Assembly: GCA_013239625.1 (NCBI GenBank)
Contig: MU056146.1
Location: 2,975,812-3,039,811, forward strand
DNA length: 64,000 nt
Direction of reading: 5' to 3'
Source: Lama guanicoe
Lineage: Eukaryota
In this document: positions 15,170-28,794 of the stretch, piece after piece
Layout of the letters: each line of letters begins with the position of its first letter
Position numbering within the stretch: position 1 is the stretch's first letter
Notes under the pieces: generated by a model
The model's input: the letters and a program-made list of their open reading frames with translations, nothing else
What the model was told of the DNA's origin: nothing
Databases searched by the model: none
Position numbers and translations under genes: made by a program

Positions 15170-15565
15170 TTCCACCAGCATAAACAAGAAGACCGCGATA
15201 GGGAGATATCAAGGTTGATTATTTCAGGGACCCCAGGATGTCATAGAGTCCTCGGGTCCTTGCCACCTTTCTGCTCTGGTGTGCTCAGGCTACTGCTTCC
15301 TCTCCTGGTTGCAAAACGGCCATTGCTACTCTAGGCATCACATCCAGACTTGACAAGGGCAGACTGGAAACCCTTCCCAAAAACCCCTAGCAGACTTCGC
15401 TATCTCATTGGCCAGAACTGACTGTCTTTAAGCTGATAAGCAGCAACAGAAGTGGATTTCCCCAGTAGGCTTAATCAGAACTTATTGGAGCTGAGATGGA
15501 TTTGGTTACAGAAAAGGATTTTGTTAAGAAGAAAGCTGTGGGAGAATGGCTGTTGGGTTAGTGGG
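15170..15565 (-). mobile_element. Old MaLR LTR (MLT1J/K-like)
   Basis: ctaggcatcacatccagac...cagacttcgctatctcattggccagaactg...gagaatggctgttgg motifs typical of MLT1; subfamily uncertain. Confidence 0.6.
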
Positions 15566-15684
15566 TGGTCTTCAAGGTGGTGTGCGCGCACAGGATCTGC
15601 AGATGGAAAATTCTAGTTTGGGCTACCTAGCTACCAGCTCTGCTTTAGCATTTAAAAAAAGAAAAAAAGCTCTTTTAATGTACT

Positions 15685-15904
15685 TTTTTTAAAAAAAAAG
15701 TACCATTTTAAGTGTCCATTCAGAGCCATTAGGTACATGAACAATGTCATCAATGTTGTCATTATCACTTTCTATTGCCAAAACTTTTTCGCCATCTCAA
15801 ACAGATAATCTGCATCCATAGAGCAATAGCTCCCCTTTCTCTCTCCTCTCAGGCCCTGGTAAACTCTACTATACTTTCTATGCACTTGCCTGTGATAAAG
15901 ACCT
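15685..15904 (-). mobile_element. L1 (L1MB-like) 3' end running into an assembly gap
   Basis: taccattttaagtgtccattcag...aactttttcgccatctcaaacag...ggccctggtaaactctact. Confidence 0.75.
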
Positions 15905-16148
15905 NNNNNNNNNNNNNNNNNNNNNNNNNNNNNNNNNNNNNNNNNNNNNNNNNNNNNNNNNNNNNNNNNNNNNNNNNNNNNNNNNNNNNNNNNNNNNNNN
16001 NNNNNNNNNNNNNNNNNNNNNNNNNNNNNNNNNNNNNNNNNNNNNNNNNNNNNNNNNNNNNNNNNNNNNNNNNNNNNNNNNNNNNNNNNNNNNNNNNNNN
16101 NNNNNNNNNNNNNNNNNNNNNNNNNNNNNNNNNNNNNNNNNNNNNNNN
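15905..16148. other. Assembly gap (244 N)
   Basis: Run of N. Confidence 1.
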
Positions 16149-17994
16149 TTTGGGTGAGTTTCTGTTTTCTTAGCACTATTCAACATCACTGAACCTCAGT
16201 GACAGAGTAAACATTACCAACCTACTATATGTTGTATTAAATTATGTAACATCTGTAAAGGACCGACAGGTGCTCCAGAAGTGGCTTCTGCTGTTACCAT
16301 CTTTATTGTTGTTTTATTTGCTGTTGTTGGAACACAGGAGCAGCACTCAAAGGAAGGGTGCCTAACTCAGCCTGAGGATTCAGAAATATTTGAGGTGCAC
16401 TTTGAAGCTCAATTAGGGACAAGCATCATAGGACCTTCTAGAGGCAGTGCCAGCAGTCCGAATGCTTAACTAAACAGGAGGATCAGATCCAAGAGATCTG
16501 TTACCTGTCCTTCAGTCACGATCAGAGTGGAGGTTGGGTTGTAAAGAAGGAAAACTGAACACAGAGAAACCATGTGGAGGGTTATGACAATGGTTCAGAC
16601 ACCATATGACTTAGGCTGGAACTAAAATAATGGCTGAACAAGGCAAAAAGTTGGAAACCAACACCTTAATGACAGATTGAGTATGAAAATGGGGAATAGG
16701 AAAGAATATTAATTAGTTACTAGTTTACAATAGGATGTGGTATCATTCTTTGGAAAGAGGATGCCATTTGAGGAACAGGCAGGAAGAGCAAATGATAAAT
16801 TCTCCCTGGAACAGGGTCATGTGTAATGGATAGAAAATCTGGTAGGAACCATCCACTGGTTAGTTGTAAAGAGGGATTTGGACTTTACAGATGAGGTCAG
16901 CAGGTACAGAAATAAGAATCATCAGCCAAGAAGGAAGTGGAGTCAAGGATGCGGGTGAAGTTAACAGGAGGGTTTATGTAGAAGATTCTGACGTGCACCC
17001 TGGGGGAACTAATGCCTACGAGGTGAGCAAGTAACAACCGATAAGCAAGCAAAGGGAAGGAGGGAAGTAGCAAGACAGGTGGGAGGCAACAGAGAGGCAT
17101 GCTCTCAGGCGTGGAGTGTCCAGGAGTTTAAAGGACAAGACAAGAGCACCCAGTGTGGCAGAGAGGACAAGGATCTGACAATCAGAGCTCACTGGCACCT
17201 TCATGAGAGCTGTTTCTGGCCAACACCAGGTCAATGTGAACTCAGAATGATTGAGAGGGGATTAAGACATGAATTCAGGCTCTTCTTTTTTCAGGAGCTT
17301 GGCTGAAAATGAGCCATTCTTATGGCAGATGTTCAAGTTATTTTTAAATGGCAAATATTTGCACATGTTTAAATGCTGAAGGGAAGCAGTGTAACTGAAG
17401 GAACAAAGGTCCCCAGAAGAGGGGGAGGAAGTGGGGTCCCTAATTAGGGGAGACAAAAAACCCTTGGGAGGCCTTTTGGCGGCTTGTATTTTCTCTGCGA
17501 GATGGAGAGTAAATGCATCTGCTGGAATGTTTCCGCCCAGGCCTGGGCATATGGTATTTGCTCAACAGATATTTGTTTTATTTAATTATTGGCAAAAGTG
17601 TTTGGGATTTGGATTAGCAAAGAATGTGAGAGGCCAGGAGGCAGGAGTGAGTCTGGCTTACTCACAGGCATCACTGAGTAAGGCAGCGGGTCTCACCAAT
17701 GCCAGGGTCCCAACCTCAAGATCCTGACTTAACCAGCTCACCCTGGGCCTGGGGAGTTGTAGAAGTCTCCAGTGATTCTCACCGTAGTCAAGACTGGCAC
17801 TAGTGCAGAGGTCAATTTGGAAGATGCTCAGAGAAAGGAAAGGCTACTTTTTAATGGGCCAACAGAGCTGTCTTGCAAAGGAACGGTTGCCTATAATGAT
17901 GTAAAATACGATTTAGTAGCATTTCGTTTTTTTTTCTTTCTCCCAAATTAGTACATTCTGGGTGTGTAAGACAAGAAAAAGCAAAGATGAATAA

Positions 17995-18155
17995 GTATGA
18001 AATGAAAATCACTTTCATTGAGTGCCAGTTACTTGCCAAGCACTGGACTGGGCTCTTTCGTCCATTGTCTCGTGTAACTTTCTCTACGGCCTGTAACATA
18101 GTTAATATCATTGCCATTTTCCAGACTTCTAAACTGAGACTCAGAAAGTGGCCTC
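17995..18155 (-). mobile_element. MIR SINE
   Basis: ttcattgagtgccagttacttgccaagcactg...ccattttccagacttctaaactgagactcagaaagt. Confidence 0.7.
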
Positions 18156-19549
18156 ATTTGTGAATGAGAAGAAGGGCAGGTTTCAGAAGATTTGGGGAAG
18201 AGCTGGGAAGCCCAGGATTAGGGTGCCTGCTCTTCTCTCTCCTTCAGGAGATGAAGGCTGAGGAAGTAATCAGGGGATGGAAATACACCTCCCATTTGCT
18301 GATGTAAATATTTAAAATACCATAAATTTATGTGACACCTCCTGCACAATTCGTCCTCCGTTGCCTTTGACATTTTATTATTCTAAAATGACCTTTGCCC
18401 TCTAGCATAACACTAATCCATTAAAAGGAAAGAAATTAGAAACAAACTGAAAGAGTTTTTTGGAGCTTATGGAGAAGGATTTTTTATACCCCTGTGCTTC
18501 TGTTTGCCATCAATTTTTCTCTTCTGTCCCAATAACGTGCTTAGCCAAGCCAGACAGAAACAGAGAAATGGCTCTTCCCTCTGGTCTCTGCTACAATGTC
18601 AAAATAATAAATAGGTTAGTCGTATCAGCTGTATTGACTCAGGACATCTTAGACACGTTCTGCCCCTCAGGAGTGTAGACGCTCCCTTCCAGGATTTCTG
18701 TGGAAGGATTTAGGCTCTTGGCCTGAAAAGAAAACCTATTTCTTCCTTTTCCCTTTGTGTGAACACTGTGGTTTAGGAAGTATGGAACCTTGTCTGGGAA
18801 GAAACTGCAAGACAGCTCTGAAATCGACAGCCTGGCAGCAAGCTTTTAAAAATGCATCGGACAAGGTAGAGGAAGCTTTTGTATGAATGAAAGACACAGG
18901 TGGTAGGTGAAGAGCCATGGCCCTTGCTTTTGACACCACCTGAGAACTGTGTCATTGGTGGAGAGCGTTTGTGTCACTGTCATTTGATATTGGGTCATCG
19001 GCTACCACCACCACTGTTAACCATGACAACATGCCAGTGTCCCCAGGACCCACATCAGCAGTCACCGAGGTCTGGTGGGCAGAAGCCTAGACAGAAGTCA
19101 TTGATCTTCCACGTACCTTGCTTCCAGCATCTGCAAAAAAGGCACAGAGTTTTCTCCCTCTCTAGCCCTCACTGATGTGATGAAGGATCCAATGTGTTAG
19201 ACAAAGCCAGCCCATCTGATAGTTTTATAATGGGTTAAAATGAAACAGCTGAAAATAGTTAGATTTATGCTACTTACATTTTTATTTATTGAATCTCTTA
19301 TGTCTCTGCACCTTCCTGTGCTAAGGAACAAATGAATGAAGATATGACAGATTCATCTGTTTGTCCCTTACCGCTCATCAAGGTCCTGGAGCTGGAAGTA
19401 GCTCTTTACTTTTGCACTGAAACCATCTCTGCATTTATTCGCCTTACACACAAGCATCTGAAGTCCTCCCATCTTTTATTTCAGCATGTCAGGAGAATCT
19501 GCATCTGCTTTGCATCAGGTACAGTTCTGGGCACTAAGGAATAAAAGAT

Positions 19550-19750
19550 GATAAACAACAAGTTCATACTGTATAGCACAGAGGACTGTATTCAATATCT
19601 TGTAGTAACTTACGGTGAAAAAGAATATGATAATGAACATATGTACGTTCATGTATGACTGAAGCATTGTGCTGTACACCAGAAATTGACACAACATTGT
19701 AAACTGACTATACGTCTATATATATATATAAATTTTAAAAAAAGATAAAA
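19550..19750 (+). mobile_element. Young (camelid-type) L1 3' end, 5'-truncated
   Basis: ataaacaacaagttcatactgtatagcacag...gctgtacaccagaaattgacacaacattgtaaactgactatac plus A-rich tail; aaaagat on both flanks. Confidence 0.85.
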
Positions 19751-20349
19751 AAGATTCATAGTATCTACCCCCACAAAGCTCCAAGTCTAGCAAAAGAGAT
19801 ACACTGAAAAACACGTCGTTCTGCCACGTGTGTGAATGGCAGGGAGAGAGATAATCGAGGTGCTGTGGGAGCCCAAAGTGGGGAGGTCTTAGAGAGAAGG
19901 ACTCCAATATTAGTGCTAGAATTTTTGAAGTTGTTTCAGACTAATCGGGTACTTGGCAACACAATGTTCCCTGAGCTGGATCATAATGTGACACAGGTGC
20001 AAAAAGGAGGGCCCAGGAGTCAGATAACTCGTGTCTTGTAGGGAAAAGAGAGGAGGGTAACAGGGAAGGGAGAATCAGAAAGCGTGAGTGTGAAGGGTAA
20101 GAGGAAAGAATAAAACCCGCCGAGAAGGAAAACAGAGGGGTGGGAAGTGACTAAGCAAAGTCCTGTGGGGGCAGAGTACAAGGGAGAGGCTGCACTCCTG
20201 CCGGTCACGACTCTGCCAGTCAGATCTGTATGAGCTATGCCATCAATGCAAATGATGTTCATTATCAATTTTTTTTTGACATTATTCCCCCAAAAGCTGA
20301 AGAACGTGTTTGCTGAGTTGGAAGGAAAGTTTATAGGAAATAGTCACTC

Positions 20350-20586
20350 AGGTTTTTTTTTTTTGTCCTGTTTTTGGTTTGTTTGTTTAATTTTTTAGTG
20401 AAGTGTAGTTGATTTACAATATTAGTTTCAAGTGTACAGTAAAATGATTCAGTTATACGTATACATACAAATATATCTTTTCCGTTCAGATTCTTTTCCA
20501 CGATCGGTTATTACAAGAAATTGAATGTAGTTCCCTGTGCCCTACAGGAGATCATTGTTGTTTGCCTGTTTTATATATAGCAATGC
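20350..20586 (-). mobile_element. L1 3' end, 5'-truncated
   Basis: T-rich tail, then gaagtgtagttgatttacaatattagtttcaagtgtacag...gttccctgtgc; gtcactc duplicated at 20343-49 and 20587-93. Confidence 0.85.
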
Positions 20587-21068
20587 GTCACTCCCTTTTT
20601 ATCATAAATGCAGAGAAGCTCAACTTCTCTCCACGCCAGGGCCGGGACAGCCGACTGCTCGACTGCTCATGGGACATTTCCCCTGAGCGTCTGGCTCGTC
20701 ACCCTTTCCTTTGAAACGTGACCCCTCTTTCTCCCACAGTCCCTCTTTTGTCATCATGCTTTTCACTGTCTGCTTGTCTCCGGGCCCTTTTTTATTGCTG
20801 CTCCCTCTTATCTGATACTCCATCGTCTGCTCCACCCACACCTCCCCCTCTTCCTTCTCTGCTGGGCTGATTTCCTGGTAATCCTAGCAGGCTTCAAAAA
20901 CACAGCTCCAGAAAGCTCTCTGCTCCCCTCTCCCCTCCCCAGGCTGATTTAAATTCTCTTTCTTGGAGGTTCCATGGGTCTGGTGGCTAGTAGGGGACTG
21001 TATGCATCACAGGCACTCAGTGCACGGTGACATTAAATGAATGAGTAAAGAACATAATAGAGCATCTT

Positions 21069-21326
21069 TTTAAAAAAACAGAAGTGCAATGAATTACAGT
21101 GTGTCAATTTCTGGTATACAGCACAATGTCCCAGTCATGCATATACATTCATACATTTGTTTTCATATTTATATTTTTTCCATTAAAGGTTATTACAAGA
21201 TATTGAACATAGTAAACAATCTTATGGTTACCGAGGAAAGGGGGTGGGAAGGGATAAATTTGGGAGTTTGAGATTTACAAATGTTAGCCACTATATATAA
21301 AAATAGATTTTTAAAAGTTTCTTTTG
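21069..21326 (-). mobile_element. 5'-inverted (twin-primed) L1 insertion
   Basis: Minus-strand L1 3' terminus (21069-21213) joined to the adjacent L1 3'UTR segment in plus orientation (21214-21326); 16-bp TSD with 2 mismatches. Confidence 0.8.
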
Positions 21327-24300
21327 CATAATAATGCATCTTAACAGTCAACAGAGGTGTGAGTTGAGAATCTTCAGTTCTGTTGAGTCTTTCACAGATC
21401 ATCCATAGCTTAGTTGTTCAAAAGCTATCCTGACATAATGGGTTAAGTTTCTGATCTATTTTTAATCCTTAGAGAGCTTTTTTATGCATTCTATTCTTTT
21501 AATTTTTCCTCAAATTTTCAAAATTTTCCATAGTATGGTGCTACCATTAGTTAACCTTTAAAAATACATTCCTAATTATTAAAGCCCTTCTCTTCTCAAT
21601 AAAGAAAAACATATAAGGCCGGCAGACCTGGTCTTTTGTGACGTAGGTGTGGTGGGGAGAAGAATGGATAACTTAGGGGAAATGGGAAAGAGGTTGGTAG
21701 TTCAGAAAATACGTTGTGATCAAGTTTAGGAAGTAGTGACTTTGGAACACTGGATGTGGTTTATTAATATGGGAATCACTAGAAAGGTTAACTTGGATGT
21801 ATGTGGGATGATGTCGGTAACTGTACAGTCTAACGTGAGTTTTGAAAAACAAAGACTTTTTTGGGTTCAAATTTTTTAAAAATATACTTACACGACTTCT
21901 ACATCATCAATACATGTGAAGAAAAAGAGATCGATGTATACAATATAGATGCATGCAATAGACACATCTTTCTGCCAAAAGCCAGAAAGGGTTTATTCAA
22001 AAAATATCCAGTATTCCTTTCTTAGAATAGTCTACTGTCTGTATAGCTGTTAGTCTTAGAATTCTGACCCAATTTTGACTAAGTGACTTCCTCCTGCCTG
22101 CGTAAATTCCCCTACCGTTGCCGCTCGACACAGAATTCTTCTTCATTTCTTGTCCCTTCTGAAGTGTTACTCCATCCTGAAAAACAGCTTCATGTACCGC
22201 TCTAAAGGTGACTGCTTGGCCGTGATGAGTGAGGCAATTTTGTTATGTTAAGTGCTTTGGGGAAAAAGCACTTACAGTGCAACCGTAGAAATGCAAGCTA
22301 ATATTACCCAATGAACCTTCTTCTCAGCTCTTGTGCGATGTCGCATTTTCAAAACGAAGAGGCCTTCCCCCGCTGCAGTTTATTTATGTGATGTATTCAA
22401 AATGGGCCCATTTCCTGACGGCATCTGGGAATATGTGCGAAGAAATATGACAGAAACAAAAATTAAATACAGGTGAAGTTAAACAGCTAACAGTGGAGAG
22501 GCCAGGGGGGTTGTTAAATCGCAACTTCTAACGTAGATTGAAACTTGTCAACGGTCGGGAAGAACGGAACATAAGCACGTGAGGTATCGTCCATCTTGCT
22601 AAATTCTAAATGATTGTACTGAGAGGTTCTTGGCGGAGACCAGCGTGTCCCAGCCGCAGAATTCAGAGCTTTGTAGACTTTGGAACGAAATAGGTTTTGC
22701 AGACTTATTGAATATTATTACACGCAGCATTTAAAAGATAGCCACGTTCTTTGTAAAGCATAGCAGACAACACACTGAATATGCATAGATGTATCACCCA
22801 TTCGCTCCTAGAGCACATCACCTTGCTTTTTCTTTAAAATCAGTCCTGTTCATTGTCTTTTAGTTGCCTCAAAATTATTATGTTCTCTTTTGCTGGAAAA
22901 TCTTTCAGTCTATTTTCTAGATACATCTTTGCTTTTAAAAACAATGGTATTATTGATCTTTAAATACCCAAAGGTGACTTAAGGCTAATTCCGGTGTATT
23001 AGCAGAAATAACCTGACATGTGTGTCTGGAACCTAGGTAAGAGTACAAATGGGAAGGCCTTGTAAGTCCACTTTTGGACTGTTGATTTTATCATGAAATA
23101 GTACGTATTCTGATCTTTTCTTCTGTTTCTTTCATAAGCGAGTCAACATTTTCTGTCCTTTCATCTTAAAACCTTACATAGATACTTAAAGGAAATAAGA
23201 GGAAATTTTCCAGGAAAACATCTGGACCTTTGACAGTGGATGTTTTCTTTGATCGAGATAATAAAACTTACTTCACTGAGACACATCCCTGAAATTTTTT
23301 GACTCTTACTGTAATGTTTTGATTAATTCTGCAAGAGGGACTGGGCCTTTCACATTGCCTCATGAATATGGATATTTTGAAATCTTTTTTAATGTTTAGA
23401 AGCAGAGATGGTAATGGAAGCTTGGAAGTTGGAATTCATGGATCTGGGTCAGCATCCGGCTTCATTCTCGATGTGGAAACTTCGGCTTCACTAAGCTTGA
23501 TTTATTTTCTCTAAAATGATGCTAAGGACAGCATCTACCTCTGAGAGTCAGGAGGGGTATGTGAGATGCTGCATGCACAGCTTCCCTGCAGGGATGTAGG
23601 AGCTGAGTGCAAACTAGTGGTCCTTCTGCAACTGAACTACGTATTTACCTTCAATTCGGGGCAAATGGCCGTCCAATGATCTCTTATGTATCTATACCTA
23701 AATATTTCGAATGTCCTTGATCAGCTAACACAATAATTGCACAGCTTGATAATCCTGCCCCCATGTCTCAGAGTCCTGCTCCCTCGGCATAGACATTTCA
23801 GCATGGATTTGGGGCCTCTGACCCATTTTCCTGTGACCGGTTTTTCAAGACTCATTGATGTATTCCTATTGGTTCTTTGAAGCCTACCTTTTTGCATCCA
23901 CTTTTCTTTCCTTTAATGTTGTTTTGAAAGGGAATGATCTTGAGAATGGAGCTAATATTAAAAGCCAAGTATTTTGGTGCAGGCCCACATCTCTCCATTC
24001 CTTCCACTTTTTGAAGGTCCACCCCAATGCCCATCCTCCCAACATGCATGACTTGCATTTTGCGTCCGTGACAACATCTTACCTGCATCCTCCTAGCTTT
24101 TCTTCATCTGTGCCACCTATGTCCTTCACTCTGCCACTCACTGAACACCTCTGTTTGCTTTGGCCCCCTGCTTGAGTCTGACTGTGAGATCAGATGCCTC
24201 CACCCACTTTCTCTTGGGTTCATCCGCCAACTGCCCATGCACTTGTCCAGATTGATCCCAGATGCTTCAACACACTCCCTCCTAGACGGCCAAGAGCTAT

Positions 24301-24527
24301 AGATTTATACGGCTTTAGAGCTGGATCTCTCATGAGTCATCTACGAACCTAAACATTGAACTTTGCAGATGAGAATTAGGGAGCTTAGTGTCACACACTT
24401 AGGTTGTAGTGTAGGCAGTCCTAGAAACTGTCTGCTAGAAACTCAGTCTCCTTTTTATGCATTTAAAACCCTGTACAATCACCTGAGATAACTTTTAAAC
24501 TTAAAAATAAATGTCTGAAAAAAAAAA

Positions 24528-24600
24528 GCACGAGGTCCTGGGTTTGATCCCCAGTCCCTCCATTAAAAAAAAAAAAAAAACACCTAATTACTCCCCCTAA
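24528..24600 (+). mobile_element. 5'-truncated camelid tRNA-derived SINE (Vic-1-like)
   Basis: gcacgaggtcctgggtttgatccccagtccctccattaaaaa...cacctaattactccccc, the reverse complement of the copies at 39.3-39.56 kb; flanked by taaatgtct repeats. Confidence 0.8.
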
Positions 24601-24725
24601 AAATGTCTTAAATGTCTACTTTTTAAATATAGGCGATTTATCAGATGATGGAATCAGAGCTATATTCTCTCACCTTCATTTATCTCTCTGTATTAAGAGT
24701 ATTTCTCCCACCTCACTCTCATCAA

Positions 24726-24727
<2 letters not shown>

Positions 24728-24769
<42 letters not shown>
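24728..24769. repeat. (AC)21 microsatellite
   Basis: Direct reading. Confidence 0.97.
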
Positions 24770-24773
<4 letters not shown>

Positions 24774-25319
24774 TCAGGCCCACCTACCTGCGACTCAGGC
24801 AGGTCCCCTTGGCTAGATTGACAAGTTCAAGCGATTCACAGATGTTAGTTCTGGGCTCACTCAGCACAGGACCTACATTAACCATCACAAGCTATGAGAC
24901 CTCGGGCAAACTCTTCCATCTCTAGGGTCTTCGTCCACAGCCATTAAAGGAGATGATATTGCTTCCCTAGGCTGTAAAAATAAAATGAATCTCTAGGCCC
25001 TAATGTTGTTGGAGCAGGACCAGGCCCAGGCCCTTGAAACGCCACGTAAGAGCTCAGCCCCTCTGTAATGTAATATGTTCTCTTCTCTCTCCCTCCCTCC
25101 CTCTCTCTCTCCTTCTCCGCCTTCTCATCTCCTCCCTCCTTCATTCTCTCCCTCCTTAGTTAAAAAACGAGCTTTAGCTTCACCATGGAATTTATTTTGA
25201 AGATAACTTTTAACAAGATGTCATGACAAAGGAAATAGCAAAAGTCATCCTACCGTTTCACAGGATGTATCAGAGATAGAAAGGGATGAAGTCATCACCT
25301 CCTAAAATGAGGGTTTTTT

Positions 25320-25351
<32 letters not shown>

Positions 25352-25353
25352 TT
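25320..25353. repeat. (CTTT)n-type simple repeat
   Basis: Direct reading. Confidence 0.85.
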
Positions 25354-26011
25354 TAACAATCCAGCTTTTTTCTTTGGGTCTAGTGACCTATGGTACAGGA
25401 CACACTGCCCTTTTTTTCATTTTCCTTTCGGTTCACATGGCACTGAGGAACAAAATAATAAAAAAAATATATTTTTTAATAACACCAGTACACAGACGAG
25501 TAGGAGAAAAGGGCTCCCATTGCTTGCTGAATTGCCCACTAATCACTCTGTTTGGACCCAGCAGGGAATTCTGATAACACACCTGACTTTTCATTTATTT
25601 ATTTTTTATTGGTTCTGGGAGAGGTTTGTGATTCATTTCATGTAGGTTGCAAGCCCTGGTACTAAAGGAACAAATCGTCTCTGGGGTGATTTGCTTTATT
25701 AACTTTCAGGGCAAAGGAGGGAGAAACAGGAGAATCGCTTTAACTGCAATATACTGGCAAAAAGTTTAGTCTTTTCCAGTTTATTGATACCTGAAACGTT
25801 TTAAGTGGTTCTGTTTCTTAATGATAGATTGGCTGATTGTAAAGAAGGAGGCAGGATGAAGGAGTCGAAAGACCGCTGGTTGAAAGACAGAGAACAGGGC
25901 AGTGGTCACAGCCCTGCCATTTGCTCCCAGCCAAGTCGCTGGACCCCTCATATCCTGGGGACTTGGTGACCTTCTCTGTAAAATAAAGGAATCAGACGAG
26001 CTATTGTCTTC

Positions 26012-26613
26012 TTTTTTGATTTTATAAATTGAACTATAGTTGATTTACAGTGTTGTGCTTAATTTTAGGAGTACAGGAATGTAATTCAGATAAATATATA
26101 TATATATGTTCTTTTTCAGAGTCTTTTCCATAAGTTATTACAAGATAGTGAATATAGTTCTCTGTGCTATACAGTAGGTCCTTGTTGTTTATCTATTTTA
26201 TGTATAGTACTGTGTGCCTGTTAATCCCAAACTCCTAATTTATCCCTCCCCCTTATCCCCCTTTGGTAACCATAAATTCGTTTTCTATGTCTATGAGTCT
26301 GCGTCTGTTTTGTAAATAAGTTCATTTGTATTATCTATTTAAATTCCACATATAAATGATATCATATGATATCTGTCTTTCTGTCTGACTTATTTCATTT
26401 AATATGATAATCTCCAGGTCCATCCATGTTGCTGCAGATGGCACCATTTCATTCTTTTTANNNNNNNNNNNNNNNNNNNNNNNNNNNNNNNNNNNNNNNN
26501 NNNNNNNNNNNNNNNNNNNNNNNNNNNNNNNNNNNNNNNNNNNNNNNNNNNNNNNNNNNNNNNNNNNNNNNNNNNNNNNNNNNNNNNNNNNNNNNNNNNN
26601 NNNNNNNNNNAAG
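26012..26613 (-). mobile_element. L1 3' portion spanning an assembly gap
   Basis: attgaactatagttgatttacagtgttgtg...gtccatccatgttgctgcagatggc; TSD tattgtc(t/c)tcttt at 26002-14 and 26614-26. Confidence 0.85.
26461..26610. other. Assembly gap (150 N)
   Basis: Run of N. Confidence 1.
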
Positions 26614-28794
26614 TATTGTCCTCTTTCAGTAAAAGTTTACAACTTCATGGATGATGATGAACTCAGACCTTCAGTACTAACTTTGTTGGGAGGACAAAGG
26701 AAGCCTCCTCTTCTTGCAGATAGAATAATCATGATATAATAAGAAGCATTTGCTGTGCCACCTGCCTAGGGCTGCGTCTAATCCCCGCAGTGATGGAGGA
26801 AGAGCCCCTGTAGTAACAGAGGACACCGAGGATGACAGAGGTTAGCTCAGTCGCGCCAGGTCACAGAGCCTGCGACTCGTGTTACTGGGCTTCCAGGCAT
26901 GACACGCAACTCCTGACCAGACCTCACCTCCATACTCTCTCTTGGGGAGACGGCAAAGACCATCCAAGCTGGTGAGGGATTCAAAGTAACTCAGGTGTCA
27001 CGCTGAGGTTAATAAAGAGTGAGGAGGAATCTGCGTGCTTTTGTACGCTTGACAAGGACAATTCAGGATCGTGGCGTGTGCCCACTTTGAAAGAACAGGG
27101 TCTCTAAGGGAGGTTTAGAGAGAAGTGTAATTGCAGCAAAGAAGGAGTGAGAAGAATATTAGGTGGGACCAAAATGCTTTACCTTTATCATCTAGGTTTT
27201 CTCTTTTAATATAGTCTTTAAATGTGGTGAAGCACTTGGAAATTAATACATACATGAAATATTGGGTGAGCACATTGATACTATCTGAGTAATTTAGATG
27301 CTTCATGTAATGGTTGGAGTGAGAGAGGACAATGATTTTGGGTGCAGGGGCTGCTGTTTAGACTGAATGATTTGCTTTCCTTCTTTGGGTCTGGCTTCCT
27401 AAACTGTAAAGCCCACGGGTTGGTCCAAATCAGTCTACTAGATCCCAACACCCTGTAGGAGGCGCTAGGGATGGAATGATAAAGATGCATTTCCTCTCTC
27501 AGAAAGATCTTTAGGAGCCCTTTACCCCTTAAATTCTGTGATTCTTCATCAAGGCAAAGACTGATAGGTTGGTGTGAATTATTTGAACATGCCTAGCTAC
27601 GAATGACATAAAAAATTATTCATATGAAGAATCGGCAATAAAAATTTGAATAAAGGGTTATGGTTGGTAGTATACACGTGGATGTCCATCAAATTCATGA
27701 TTTACAAGGCCCACTCTTTCTGGCTTGTGATGTAACTAAACATCGCAAAGATATAATATAGCAGTGAGATGATGCTTACGTGAATATATTATATTTTTAT
27801 GAAATGTAATGCATCATTCTACTAAAGAGGAACCAACGTCTGAAAATGAGTCCTGTAGATTCTAATTTCTGTACTGTGCTAGGCCTTCTAGTGAATTATC
27901 TTCCCCCCACAATTTGCATTTCCTTTTACAGCGTGGAAGCAAAATAAGCTTCTTTGTTTGCACTGGTTTCAGAATTAAATTAGTTTGTATATTTGTTCTC
28001 TCCTCCTCTTCCTGGATTCGGTTTCTGAGTAAACAGTTATTTTCATTAAATTCTCTTTTATTTGGCTTTAGCTGTTTAGTTACTAGAATTATTCTGGGTG
28101 GCTGTCACTGTTATATTTTTCAATCAGATATCTGTCCACTGTTTTAAGTGGCACTGAACTGGTTCACTTCCATTTTCTATTGCTCACCTCGCTTTCTGGT
28201 ACTGTGATTTCTTTAGCTAGATCTCACCCCTGCCGTGGTCTGATCTTTTTAAAAATTATGTTTTAATGTATCTAAACACCATACAGGTTTGGTAAAATAC
28301 GAAAAAGATGATCACCAATTTGATGTTTAGTGAGTATGGACAGATTACAGGGAAGAAGAAAATAAATGACATTCATCACAGAGATTGTTTTGAAAGTTAA
28401 TGGCAAACTTGGAGTCTTGAGAAACAGCAAGAATTACCTTGTTTGTAAAACCCAGAATGTCAACCTTTCTTTTCGATTAACCTAGAAATGACCTCTGACA
28501 GAACGAAAACCAGCCATACTTTTCAATTTCAAGAGAAAAGATCTAAAAAGTTATTTCTACCTCATAAAAAAGTGCAATAAGATTCTAAATTCCCACAGAA
28601 ACTCTTCACCTACCTTACAGCCCATCAGAAACCATCAGCGCTCTGTAGGCCAGCATTCATAAAGTTTCGCGGGCGTCTTTGATGGAGTGTGTGGCGGGGG
28701 GATGGAGAGGGAGGGTTTTAGGGCAAGGAGGGAGGGAGCAAGGCAGTTTCTGTTAAGTTACTAAGAAAATATAGAAGATTTTAAAAATGTGCTT

